A stretch of 64,000 nucleotides of DNA from Octopus sinensis (GCF_006345805.1 NC_043015.1:21390001-21454000), one strand, 5' to 3'. Shown: positions 13,546-27,099, counted from the stretch's first letter. The notes: generated by a model not told the origin, from the letters alone. A program made the numbers and translations.

Positions 13546-14149
13546 ATCTACCCATCTATCAATATATACCAATGCATGTGTATGTATACACTTACATTTT
13601 GTATAGCGTGCGATTATATATATCTGAGCACACACAGCACACACACACACACACATACACATGCAAATATATCTGGTTTGATAGGGAGATGTCGTTCACA
13701 TGGGTTCCTCGTACTTCGAGACAATGACTTCGATCGAAGTGTGCTACTTCTTAGAAAACACTTTTAGAATATCCTCAGGTATGTAGGATATATTTGTACT
13801 GAGGGGAAATCGTGTGGATTGGACAGCATCTGAAACTTACAGCCTTAGTTCTGCTACACTGCTTCACTTTGATTCGACTCAAGAATTTCTTTAAACGGAA
13901 TATTTCGTGGAATACTAAAACGATTTGGCTGAAAGTTTCAACGAACAGGCCGTCGTTCATTATACATAGAATATGTATGTATTCTACGTATTTTCGTCAC
14001 TGGGCTACGTCCATCTTGCAGCAACGTCTTAAAGTGTTTTATCGAACAGTTATACTCTTGTTCTTATTTCTCATGTCCAATACTTACTCATTTTCTCGTT
14101 CCCTTTGATCAAACCGGTAAAGTAACGATTACAAAAACTCACCAAAATT

Positions 14150-14525
14150 GTTTCTCAGGGCGTGGACATTGATAAAAGAACCCAAAGATATACCCACCAT
14201 ATATACGGCGGTCTTCCCTACAGTTTCTGTCAACCAAAATCTCACACAAGGTATTGGTTCAATAGCATGAGACCTCCTTATCGATATTATTGTCCCAATC
14301 GAGATAAATGTATCTGTCAAGTCCTACCAAATACTGTGCAAGTATACAGATCTTGGAACCTTCAAGACTAAAACTGTACCTGCTGTCATAGGTGCCTTAG
14401 GAATGATAGCAAAAGTGGCTGATTGCTACATAGCTCAGTTACCAGGAAATGCAAAAAGGAAGAAATTTTGAAAAAATGATGCTCTTCGGAACTACTCATA
14501 TCCTACGTAAAATACTATGTAATTC
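14150..14525 (+). mobile_element. R4/Dong-type RLE LINE 3' remnant
   Basis: Frameshifted translation includes LLIDIIVPIEINVSVK and TVPAVIGALGMI, typical of the restriction-like endonuclease C-terminus. Confidence 0.7.
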
Positions 14526-14674
14526 CAAATTTTCTTATGTTTTCTTAGACATTATCTAGAACGAAACTTTCTGTAAAACCAAATATATAGTACTCTACTC
14601 ATAACACCAACTTGTTGTCTCCTGAGGTATCTGGGTGAGAATTGTACAAATATAAAGCAAAAGTCAAACATAAA

Positions 14675-14718
<44 letters not shown>

Positions 14719-14739
14719 TTTCATTTATTTGCCAAAAGG

Positions 14740-15990
14740 ACGAAGGATGAGGGGGACAATACAGAGACAAACATAAAGTTTGTGGGTGGGTGGGGATTTA
14801 CATATGATAAGAAAATGATGAAGAAGAAGGATACACGGTATACACTGGAAAAGAAAGAGTGCCTCTAGGGATACACGAGGAACCCCCACTGTCCGAGATT
14901 TCCCTGAAATCTTAGGAGCAAGTACCCTCTATAATTCCTTTTCTCTGACTCACAGGTCTACACTTAGAGAGGTAGCATCCACTCTTGCCATTTTCGGAAC
15001 ATTCATTCACCTTTCAATAAACTCACTCGAGGACAACACTTCACTCTCCAATCTCAATTTCCTTTTTAAGTGAAACTTGAAAAAGTCAATGAGAGCTCTA
15101 CTAAAGAGAAATGTATCGCATGTGTTTCAGCCTTGACCACCAAACAACCTCTTTCCCCACAGCCACCAGGCAAAGGAAAACTGCTTTGCCTTCCCGATTG
15201 AAGAAGGGCGATGGTTCAGTCATCGCCACAGACTCGGCCAAGAGACGAATCCGTCCCCCACGTGACAGCAGCTGTTTAACATAAACCCACAAGTCAGCAA
15301 TGCCCGGACTCTGAACGAGGGCGTGCGAAATGGTTTCGTCACTCTGCACGCAACTCGGACAAATCTGCTTGACAGCACATCCATGTTCCTCCGGAACAGA
15401 CATGCCAGTTCGTTCTCGTCGGCGCCCAGACTCTCTTTGAGAACATCGCCGTACTTTCTCGGCACTAGTCCTCTATAAATTTCTAAAGCGGAATATCTAT
15501 CGATCCTATTGCCCGACTAGTAGACGGTTGTGAGCGTCTGACGACGTTCTAAGTGCCAGGCGCTCAATCCCCGTTATTTCTTCACCCAGGGCTACAGCTG
15601 CCTCAAGGATACAAGCTGCGGAAAGACGAGCCTCACAAATGGAGCTCACACATGTTCGTCGTCGAGAAATTGTTGCAGGTGGCGTAATCTAAGCGCGCGT
15701 CTGTGCATTAGGAGCCACGGCATACCTAATCCGATACGCAGAGGGTGCTGGCAACAGACTGACCACCTGACTATTGGAACGCTTCCCTCCCACAATAATT
15801 TAAGTAAGAGACCCTCCAACTTGGTCAAGCAGTAACCGAGACAAGGCACGACGGTCAGGCAATAAACGATGACGGAGGCGACTTAAGCATTCGCCACCTC
15901 TGTCCGAACTTTCAGGGACAGCTTTCTTTCTGCCTCAAAGATTTTACTGAGAAGAACTGCCAACATCACTAGAAAAATTCTATCAATTTA
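14740..15990 (-). mobile_element. L1/Tx1-clade LINE 3' fragment
   Basis: LLWEGSVPIVRWSVCCQHPLRIGLGMP (GGLG motif) and CPSCVQSDETISHALVQSPGIADLW (C-terminal Cys/His knuckle) in broken frames. Confidence 0.8.
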
Positions 15991-16720
15991 AATGCTTGTG
16001 TTGTATTACATGAAGATATTTCGCTACTGTCCTTGCCACTTCCTCTCCGCAAGCTTTCAGTCAAGATGTAATATCTCTTATCCTTCACTCATCCTCGGAC
16101 ACTCAGTGTCTCTTGGCAAGTGATTGTAAAAAAACAAAACAGGCTGATTAAAAGTAAATAATAATAACAACAACAACAACAACAATAATAACAATGCTGC
16201 ATCATCAGTGACTCTCATGGCTTCTGACCTTAACTGATTGGAAGTGTTTCCATCCACATTCTCCTGTCTTAGTATAAAAGATGGGTTTCAGCAAATATTC
16301 TGCCGAATACGATGCATTTGCTTGTAAGTTGTTTGACCTTAACCAGTTGAGCATGTTCCTTAGTGCCTGCCGATATGTGCATCTCTGATTGCGAGCAGAA
16401 GTAATGGGGAAGCATCTTAGCCGTGTGGTGAGAAGAATTCTTTGGGGTTTGGATAATTCGCCTTTCGAAACATGGGTGTTCGTTGAACATTCTTAAACAA
16501 CCCTTATTCAGGGATCTTTTGAGAGGGATGGGCTACTTGCCATGCACAAAATTCTAACTGGGTCCTACATGCAATGCCATATGCTGTTTATCTTGATATG
16601 CGCACATATGGTTGTGATGCATGTGCTTAGTGTACCATTCTCAGGCGGGTAGTCATGATGGGTATACTGATCTTTGTATATTTTATCTGTGTCACTTTGA
16701 TGGCATGCAATGCTCTCTCT

Positions 16721-16721
16721 C

Positions 16722-16803
<82 letters not shown>

Positions 16804-16884
16804 TAATAGTAATAGTAATAATAAAAATAATAATATAGTAGTAATAATAATAATAATAACAACAACAACAACAACAACAACAAC

Positions 16885-16917
<33 letters not shown>
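16721..16917. repeat. (AAT)/(AGT)/(AAC) compound microsatellite
   Basis: Direct reading. Confidence 0.95.
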
Positions 16918-16919
<2 letters not shown>

Positions 16920-17225
16920 ATGTGGACATCGCTATGGTGAATAAAAAAGAAGGAACATGCATGATAATCGACATAGTTAGTCCCAGCGGACAAAGAAAAA
17001 CTGAACAGCTGCGACAATTTGAAGTGGGAAATAGGAATTTTGTAGCGAATGAGGAGAGTCAATGTGATACCAATAGAAATTGGCGCCCTGGCAAATACCT
17101 GCACTCAAGTACCAACATGGCTGAAAAAGATTGGTGCAAGTGTGAATGTAGAACATCTACAAAAATCATTATTGCTTGTAACTGCAAGAATTTACCGAAG
17201 GGATCATGAAGCATGACCAGTAAAC
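16915..17225 (+). mobile_element. R4/Dong-type RLE LINE 3' remnant
   Basis: DIAMVNKKEGTCMIIDIVSP, then after a frameshift NLKWEIGIL..VNVIPIEIGAL..HLQKSLLLVTARI; abuts (AAT)n. Confidence 0.8.
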
Positions 17226-18147
17226 AGTTGTCACCTTAATCTGCTGGCTTTGGACAACTGAATCTTTTAATCTTATCCAGCAAAATAAATAGATATTTTT
17301 CATCAAATAATAATAATGATAATAATATCTGTACATATGTATATAGAAGATTAAACTCACATAGATGTATAAAGTAAAAATCTTGCCGATAAGGATTTTA
17401 GCATGAAAAATACCTCTTTAAATAGGAAGTGTAATACCTATGCTATAATGTAATTTTGTAGCCCTCATCCCTCGAAAATGTGATACGAGTTTTAATACTC
17501 GACAGGGAGTGGAGTTAAAAATGTTTATTTTTCTACACTCAAAGCAGCCACTAACATTCTTAAGTCTAATTTTCAAGCAATTTCCCGAAGAATAATTGAT
17601 TTGCATCTAAAATATATTTCAATAGTTTTTCTCTATTGCTCAGTTTAAAAATGACATCGAGGCGCATATGTTTTCAAATTGAAATGAAAACGAAAATTAA
17701 ATAAATAAAGATGAGAAGTTTAAATTGTGTTAACATTGTGAGAAAATATTCGCAGCAAGATATTAAGGATGTACACGATTTCAATGGACCCACTATTAAT
17801 ATTAGAATTATTTGGTTCAGAACTCAGTCGGAATTTAAAACAATTTCCGATTCAATCAATTGTCAAGATTTCTATGAGGAATTTTATATGTTTACATATG
17901 AATATTCTATACTTTCACACTCACGCACAAAGACACACACGAAAATACAAACAGACATATAAAGATGTAAGTTATGTGTAGGTGTTGGCGTGTGCATGTG
18001 TACTGGAGGTATTTTCATTGAGATAATGTATTTATGGGTATACGGTATGGATACAAATGTGTAATCTATCTGAATACCTGCACATGCATGGCTTACAAAT
18101 ATATGCGTACCCGTATTTGCATAAATATAAGCATATATATAAGTATG

Positions 18148-18220
<73 letters not shown>

Positions 18221-18269
18221 TGTCTATTTAGATATGTGTATTTGCACGCAATATATGTGACCATATATT

Positions 18270-18358
<89 letters not shown>

Positions 18359-18371
18359 GACAGATAGATTC

Positions 18372-18417
<46 letters not shown>

Positions 18418-18976
18418 AAGATACAAAGATAGATATATAGATAGATATGCACGCGTGCGCACAAACAGACTCACACAGTCTCTTACACGTACAGACACAC
18501 ACACACACCTCCACATACACACATATGTACTTACATATATACGTATACATATAGGTTAAAATTTCACGTAGTGAACCTCACCCATTATCTTATTCTTACA
18601 GGCTCTATGTATTTATAGCGAAAGGTGCTCAATGAAAAGTACAATTAAATTTTATCAGTTAGCCCTATAATTGTGTCTATGTGAAAACCTGAACGGAAAT
18701 TAAAAGGAAATAACTACTGCACCAAGAATTCTTAGTGAGGAGTGTTACTTCAAAGTGACTCCTTGTGAAATAAAATGACATTCAGCGATTCAAAATGAGT
18801 CTGTCTAGGTGAAAACGATTTTAAAGTAAAATTAACTCTTAAAATTTATTTCCTAGAAAAATATAACTTAAGAAAAAATAATAAAAAGGTTTTTACTTGT
18901 ATTCATAAAGGCAATTTTAATAAATTTACAGCATTGAGGCTGATCTTTTATTTTCTGGTTAATGGAATTATATTTA

Positions 18977-19375
18977 TTCTTTTCTACTCTGGGCACAAGG
19001 CCTGAATATTTGGGGTGGTGGCCATTAGATTTGATCGACCGCAATACGCAGTTGGCACTTCATTTATCGACTCCGAAAGGTTGAAAGGCCAAGTCGACCT
19101 CGGCGGCATTTGAACTCAGAACTTAAAGACAGACGAAAAACCTATTTCTTTACTGTCCACAAGGAGCTACAGACAGAGGGGACAAACAAGGACAGACAAA
19201 CGGAGTAAGTCGACCATATCGACTCCAGTGCGTAAGTGGTACTTATTTAATCGACCCCGAAAGAATGAAAGGCAAAGTCGACCTTGGCGGAATTTGAACT
19301 GAGAACGTAACGGCAGATTTAATACGGCTACGCATTTCGCCCGGCGTGCTAACATTTTCTGCCAGCTCACCGCCC
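18977..19375 (-). mobile_element. SINE family S1, dimer
   Basis: Two tandem domain modules with the head at the right end. Confidence 0.8.
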
Positions 19376-19424
19376 TTTTTGATATTTATTGTTTTTTTTT
19401 TGTCTTTTATTTGTTTTAAACAAC

Positions 19425-20095
19425 GGAATCTGGTCATGCTGGAGCGTCGTCGTGGTGAGTTTTGTTCACAGAAAGTACTTTATTTTTAAGACTGTAACAT
19501 ATTTTCTGAGTCTTATTTGTCGAAATGTTCGGTTTCACAGTCATAAAGGAACCAACACCGGTTGTCAAGCGTTGATTAGTAACAAACACAAAATAAATAC
19601 TGAGATACACACAAACATACACACTCACGCAGACACGCATACACACGCATACATACACACACAAACACACATATACACGCGAACACGCACACACAAACAT
19701 GCACACACACACACAAAGACACACAATACATACACTTAATCACACTCAAACACAGATACACATACACAAACACACGCAAACACACATACACACAAACACA
19801 CTCAAGCCCACATACACAAACGCACACACTTTCACACATACACACTTTCACACATACACACACACAAATATACTCAAACCCACATACATACATTCACCCC
19901 CCCCCCCATACACACACACTTTCACACACATATAAGAAGAGCTTGTTCTCTGCTTTCAAAATCCACTCACAAAACTTTCGTTGACTCGGGGCTACAGTGG
20001 CAGACACTTGTCCAAATGTGCCGCACAATGGAAATAAATCCAAGACCACATAGTTGGAAAGCAGCGTCGTAACCGCAAAACCACGCTTGCCCCTA
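19425..20095 (-). mobile_element. SINE family S2 with expanded internal (CA)-rich tract
   Basis: Tail 19425-19600 and head 19940-20095 match S2 and are separated by about 330 bp of CA-rich repeat. Confidence 0.65.
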
Positions 20096-20845
20096 TAGAA
20101 CAACATCATAAGCTTTTACATTACATGAAGCCCTTTTTGCTTAATGCCTCTCAGTGTCCTGTCGAAAGTTACATAGAATACATACGCGTCAGGTAGTGCA
20201 AATAACTCTTATATTAAACATACTGTTTTTGCCGGGGTATAAGAAGCACCCCTATTTTAAAATACATTTTATGTAAATAAACAATACTTTATTTAGTATG
20301 TTTCATCATACACTTATTCCAAGATATTTTAAAGCGGTTTTTCGAGGATAAAAATGTATGATTCTGTACATGAAAATAACATGTTTTGACAGTATAATGG
20401 GTGAAACCTTAAACCTATAAATTTATTCTACATAACCTAAGTCATGCAAGTGCCATACTTCAATTACCGTACTGCAGAGTTGTTTGGGTTTTGGCGTAGA
20501 GAATCGCCGAGCCGTTGTGTAGAACTCGTATTTGTAGTAATGAAGCTTTGCCTTATTGTAATTTGCAACCAATGCTTTTGACAAATGTTATGAGTGTATT
20601 GCAGTCCACATACTGGAAAGAGCTGGAAGACAGATTAAGATTTAATATTCTTTTCATCTTTCACTGAAAATTTTCATTTAGATAATTAAAAATAATTTCT
20701 TAAATGCAAATCAGTCCTTAAAGGATGTCATGTGGTTATGCATATTGGAGAGGGAGGTATACCTACCGAAACAATCGAATCAAATTGCCTTAAGTTTACC
20801 TTCACCGTCTATGATATTTTGACTTCATAATATTCTATTATTAGT

Positions 20846-21590
20846 AAGGTGGTTAACACGCCGGGCGAAATGCTTAGCGGTATTTCGTCTGCCGTTACGT
20901 TCTGAGTTCAAATTCTGCCGAGGTTGACTTTGCCTTTAATCCTTTCGGGGTCGATTAAATAAGTATCAGTTACGCACTGGAGTCGATATAATCGACTTAA
21001 TCCGTTTGTCTGTCCTTGTTTGTCCGCTCTGTGTTTAGCCTCTTGTGGGTAGTAAGGAAATAGGCATTTCGTCTGTATTCGTGCTTTGAGTCCAAATTCC
21101 ACCGAGGTCGACTTTGCCTTTCACCCTTTCGGGGTCGATAAAATAAGTACCACTTACGCACTGGGGTCGATGTAATCGACTTAATCCGGATGTCTGTCCT
21201 TGTTTGTCCCTTCTGTGTCTAGTCCCTTGTGGATAGTAAAGAAATTGGTATTTCGTGTCTTTATGCTCTGAGTTCAAATGCCGCCGAGGTTGACTTTGCT
21301 TTCATCCTTTCGGGATCGATAAATTAAGTACCACTTGCGTACTGGGGTCGATGTAATCGACTTAATCCGGTTGTCTGTCCTTGTTTGTCCCTTCTGTGTC
21401 TAGTCCCTTGTGGATAGTAAAGAAATTGGTATTTCGTGTCTTTATGCTCTGAGTTCAAATGCCGCCGAGGTTGACTTTGATTTCATCCTTTCGGGATCGA
21501 TAAATTAAGTACTACTTGCGTACTGGGGTCGATCTAATCGACTGGTCCCCTCCTCGAAAATTTCGAGTCTTGTGCCTAGCGTAGAAAAGA
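20846..21590 (+). mobile_element. SINE family S1, four tandem ~180-bp modules
   Basis: Module GAGTTCAAAT..GTCGATAAA..GTAAAGAAAT repeated four times; 21181-21360 and 21362-21541 are near-identical. Confidence 0.85.
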
Positions 21591-22121
21591 ATACTTTATT
21601 ACTAGTAATTACTTTCCTGCCTATCGGACTCATATTTATCCCTTCCCCTAGCCTAGGGCACTGAATACCCATCCGCAAAACTGTCGCATTAACTACAAGT
21701 TAACATTTTGTTTTATTTAATTATAAAGAAACACGGTTCATACGCCGACAAATTCGAAATTTGCTTCCTTATAATTGGGAAATTGTTATTTATTTCGTTT
21801 TCATTGTTTATGTATTATTGCGTATTTATCGTAAATATCTCTGGTACATCGTCCTGTTGTGATGAAATCATTTTCGGGTCATGAATTAAATTAAAGCTTG
21901 ATTTAGTTGTAATAAAATAATTTTTTTCTCAGTCTTACTATCAATTTGAAATCTCTATTCTGATTTGCCTTTCAATTCATAGGTACTTACTTCGAAATCA
22001 CTATTTACTTACTTAAGTGTACATACTTTAGTGTTCTTTTTTTTTATATGCTATTGATTGTTCTCAGACTCATTAAGAGAGACAAAATTATATCTGGGGT
22101 GAGGATGTTTAATATATATAT

Positions 22122-22171
<50 letters not shown>

Positions 22172-22362
22172 TATTTACGTACATACATATATGTCTTTGT
22201 GTGTGTGCGTGCATATATATATATATATATATATATATTGTATAAAGGCATTATTACACATAAATGCCTCACACTAGGAGGGACAAAGTCATTACTACCA
22301 AAAATTATACTAATCATACCCAAATGCAGTTTTTCAAAGCAAGACATTTAAAAATGAATTAT

Positions 22363-22418
22363 GTTCTGTATCACCGTGATTTCACATACAACTTGCGTCT
22401 AATGATCGTCAGCAGAAC
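22363..22418 (-). ncRNA. type I hammerhead ribozyme, family C
   Basis: Exact reverse complement of the plus-strand motifs below. Confidence 0.8.
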
Positions 22419-22868
22419 TGATTCTGAATACATCATAAATAAACCAACCTTATGTAGCGAAGACGAACAGACAACTGTTCACTCCGGCCAAGCACATGGA
22501 ATGTTTATAAATCATATATCCGGTAAATGGCGGGCTTTTTACGAACTGCATGTCGGGTAATGAAAAGTATTTCGGAATAAGTTTAACAATTAAGGATAAT
22601 CTCTTAATAAGGGATCTTAACAAGAAATTATCGGGTAGCTAGCGTGAAAACCTCATAAAAGAAAAGAATCCGAAAATAATTTTTTTCTTTTGAACAAATT
22701 AATTATATCTATATTGTATAAAGGGCATTATTACACATAAATGCCTCACACTAGGAGGGACAAAGTCATTACTACCAAAAATTATACTAATCATACCCAA
22801 ATGCAGTTTTTCAAAGCACATGGAATGTTTATAAATCATATATCCGGTAAATGATGTATTCAGAATCA

Positions 22869-22924
22869 GTTCTGCTGACGATCATTAGACGCAAGTTGTA
22901 TGTGAAATCACGGTGATACAGAAC
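22869..22924 (+). ncRNA. type I hammerhead ribozyme, family C
   Basis: GTTCTG-CTGACGA-TCATTAGACGCAAGTTGTATGT-GAA-ATCAC-G-GTGAT-A-CAGAAC: 6-bp helix I, full core, 5-bp near-palindromic helix III; predicted cut 22918/22919. Confidence 0.8.
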
Positions 22925-23343
22925 ATAATTCATTTTTAAATGTCTTGCTTTGAAAAACTGCATTTGGGTATGATTAGTATAATTTTTGGTAGTAATGACT
23001 TTGTCCCTCCTAGTGTGAGGCATTTATGTGTAATAATGCCCTTTATACAATATAGATATAATTAATTTGTTCAAAAGAAAAAAATTATTTTCGGATTCTT
23101 TTCTTTTATGAGGTTTTCACGCTAGCTACCCGATAATTTCTTGTTAAGATCCCTTATTAAGAGATTATCCTTAATTGTTAAACTTATTCCGAAATACTTT
23201 TCATTACCCGACATGCAGTTCGTAAAAAGCCCGCCATTTACCGGATATATGATTTATAAACATCCATGTGCTTGGCCGGAGTGAACAGTTGTCTGTTCGT
23301 CTTCGCTACATAGGTTGGTTTATTTATGATGTATTCAGAATCA

Positions 23344-23399
23344 GTTCTGCTGACGATCATTAGACGCAAGTTGTATGTGAAATCACGGTGATACAGAAC
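23344..23399 (+). ncRNA. type I hammerhead ribozyme, family C
   Basis: Identical motif; predicted cut 23393/23394. Confidence 0.8.
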
Positions 23400-23819
23400 A
23401 TAATTCATTTTTAAATGTCTTGCTTTGAAAAACTGCATTTGGGTATGATTAGTATAATTTTTGGTAGTAATGACTTTGTCCCTCCTAGTGTGAGGCATTT
23501 ATGTGTAATAATGCCCTTTATACAATATAGATATAATTAATTTGTTCAAAAGAAAAAATTATTTTCGGATTCTTTTCTTTTATGAGGTTTTCACGCTAGC
23601 TACCCGATAATTTCTTGTTAAGATCCCTTATTAAGAGATTATCCTTAATTGTTAAACTTATTCCGAAATACTTTTCATTACCCGACATGCAGTTCGTAAA
23701 AAGCCCGCCATTTACCGGATATATGATTTATAAACATTCCATGTGCTTGGCCGGAGTGAACAGTTGTCTGTTCGTCTTCGCTACATAAGGTTGGTTTATT
23801 TATGATGTATTCAGAATCA

Positions 23820-23875
23820 GTTCTGCTGACGATCATTAGACGCAAGTTGTATGTGAAATCACGGTGATACAGAAC
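23820..23875 (+). ncRNA. type I hammerhead ribozyme, family C
   Basis: Identical motif; predicted cut 23869/23870. Confidence 0.8.
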
Positions 23876-24135
23876 ATAATTCATTTTTAATGTCTTGCTT
23901 TGAAAAACTGCATTTGGGTATGATTAGTATAATTTTTGGTAGTAATGACTTTGTCCCTCCTAGTGTGAGGCATTTATGTGTAATAATGCCCTTTATACAA
24001 TATAGATATAATTAATTTGTTCAAAAGAAAAAAATTATTTTCGGATTCTTTTCTTTTATGAGGTTTTCACACGCTAGCTACCGATAATTTCTTGTTAAGA
24101 TCCCTTATTAAGAGATTATCCTTAATTGTTAAACT

Positions 24136-24171
<36 letters not shown>

Positions 24172-25804
24172 ATATATATATACGTATATGTGTATATACA
24201 TATATACATATAACACACACATGTATGTGTATATACATACATATGTATGTGTATGTGTGTATATGTGTGTATGTATGTGTGTTTTAGCTTCTACCTGTGT
24301 ATTTTTGTATTAGGTTTCTTTACCACCATCATAGAAAACCCGACTCGAAATTAGAAAATAATTAAAATATATCTTTTCGTCTTCGTGAGAACATTAATAT
24401 TTCGCACAGAATAGACTCGGACTGCATTACGTTATTATAAAGCCAACGATAACATCTCGCTCTTAATACAAGAAAATATTCGATGAAGAATTAGACTGGT
24501 CAGGCAACGTCTGTATCTCGATGTATGCAGAACATACTGGAATAAAAATCGTGTACAACCGAACAAAGAAAAGTTGACACCAAAATGCTCGGTGCGTAAA
24601 ACATGTATATTAAGAAATTCTAAAAGGCTTCGTATCATCCATACGAGAATATAAATTATGTAATAATAGAATATGTAACGAATCAGCTAAGTGGATGCTA
24701 ATATGAATTCTCTGTTAAGTTTACAAACTATAGCCTGACTATGTGAGAAAAACTGTTGAGTACAAAAGAGAAACACAGATGGTTAAAGACAATTTGCATA
24801 AAACATACAGAGAATGTTGAAGAACTGGAAAGTGTGATTAGGAAAAAAATACAGAATCGCAGGTGTTGGCTTTGCTGTGAAAGTATATATATATGAGTGA
24901 AAAACAGAGAAGTAAAGAATCTGAGAGTTTGTATGAGCGAGAGAGTGTGTGTGAGACAGGTTATAGTTGTAGCCTCGGTGTCCGGCACACGGCAAGCCAT
25001 CCTTTCTGACGGAAATGAAACGCGACACCTTCTATAAAATAATTTGGTTCAAAAGGACGTGGCTTTCTTGTGAACCGCTACCGAAGAATTTGCTACTGCG
25101 AATGAAACGAAAAAAATTATTTTAAAATTGGTATCAAAAGAGAATTGCGTAAAATGAAAAGGGATGTGAGTGTGTGTGTGTGTATTTATACACGTATACA
25201 CACACATGTATTATGTGTATATATATATATATATATATAATATATATATATATACATATATATACATGCATACATATATCTCTTAGTGAGATATAAATAA
25301 ATGTACATATACATCAATTTATAATAGGAATATAAAAGTTTATGAATATATTGGTATCAATGATCATACCACATATACTCTTTATTTATCAAAGTTCTCT
25401 CCACCTCTAAAGAATATATTACGTTGCTATGGCTTTAAAGTTCAGGCTTCTTTATTGTGAGGAGATAAGAGCACTGGCGTTGACACGTGCTTCTGGCTCC
25501 GTAGCCGTCAGTCATCAGCTCAAGTGTTCGATACTCGGAGTATTATTGATTCTTGAAATTATCTATACCCTTCAAGCAGTGTTGGTTGTTTTTCTCTCTT
25601 CCTATTCTTGGTTCCATTCCATTATTCCTACAATGCCTTTATATCTACCATGATTCCACTGTCATTGTCCAACCAACCCATTTCCTTCTTGTTCGGCTCT
25701 GATTAGTTCAAGGCATTATTCCCTACTCCTCCCTCATTTTCTCTTACTATTACACCTAACAAAATCATACCTGGTTTGCTATCAATATTTCTTCACCTGT
25801 CCGT

Positions 25805-25918
25805 GCTCGACTTTGTCTTTTATCCTTTCGTGGTCGATAAAATTATTACCAGTTGAAAACTGAGGTCCGTGTAATCGATTTACGTTCGCTCCCACATTTT
25901 GCAAAAATTTGAAACCAA
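25805..25918 (+). mobile_element. SINE family S1, partial
   Basis: CTCGACTTTGTCTTTTATCCTTTCGTGGTCGATAAA domain and TTTGAAACCAAT tail. Confidence 0.65.
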
Positions 25919-26352
25919 TATTTTTTCATTGTCAAATATTGATTCCAAATACTGATCCTACATTTCCTTCGCCCTCACCTGAAGAACTACAGTGTCGTTT
26001 CATGCGCTATAATTTTTGTCACCTTGTTTTGATTCCACAGTTCGGATGCATTGGGCATGTATGAATTTCTGTTCCCATAATATACCAAAATTGACTTGTT
26101 ATTCAGACAACAAATAATTAAAGATAATTATCTTGAGCGTTCTTTGTGTTTTGTTCTATATTATTTATGTGGTGGGTGGTTTTTTACCCCCTGAATGCAA
26201 TGACATCGACACAATTTATTATACTGACATACAGACATATACACACACGTGCACACACACATTAAATGTATATATATATATATATATATATATACATTCG
26301 CATATATGTAACAGGGCATATTTATCTATAGATGTATATATCTCTCTCTATA

Positions 26353-26411
<59 letters not shown>

Positions 26412-27099
26412 CTACGTATAATTTCAGAGAGTCATTTACTTCTAGCAAGACCATTGACAACGTAGACACTCTTTCTTTTCCTTGTCATATTCATCGCATA
26501 GCGACACATTGAACGACACACAATTGTAGTTCTATCTAATTCTCATTAAAGCATAAACGACAATTTATTCGTTTTGTTTTCGGTTTGTGGGAGCTATGTC
26601 CTATTTTCCCCCATAAGTGTTCTATTCTCTAACACGCAGTCCTTTTGATGTAACTCCATTCATAGTAATTTTCAAGCAGCAGTTACATTCCAACTAATGT
26701 ATCGTCTCTATTACCAAAGTCTTTTGTTTTTTCTTTGATTTCATCAATTGTATTTTTGTTCTCACACTTCGTATATTTTCTATATTTTATGGGTATTTTT
26801 TCGATTATTTTATCTCTTTTATCCCTAATATTTATGTGATTTTGTATTGTGTTGTTTTAGTTCTCTCTCTCTAATCTATATGATAGGTAACATTCTGTTG
26901 TAAGTTATTACATAAATTCGTTACAAAAACATATTTCGCTCATTTTCCAGCTCAACTAATCGATTGAAACAATATATGTGGTTTATTTTTTATTCATATA
27001 AAATTTACGAAACGAATCTCGCCGTTTATTCCTAAGTGGCGTGAGTGGATACGAAATATCACACTGACATAAAAATAACTATCATGTTTAAGTTGTTTG

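Larger units (their letters stand above)
22236..24137. mobile_element. tandem plus inverted array of ~475-bp hammerhead-bearing monomers (putative non-LTR retrozyme, family C)
   Basis: CTTTATACAATA recurs at 23041, 23516 and 23991 (period 475); TATTGTATAAAG at 22236 and 22712 (opposite orientation, period 476); copies differ almost only by homopolymer length; flanked by (TA)n on both sides. Confidence 0.9.

Noticed and set aside
22236-24137. CRISPR-like array or bacterial contamination
   Set aside because: Whole ~475-bp units repeat with no unique spacers, and the context is eukaryotic repeats
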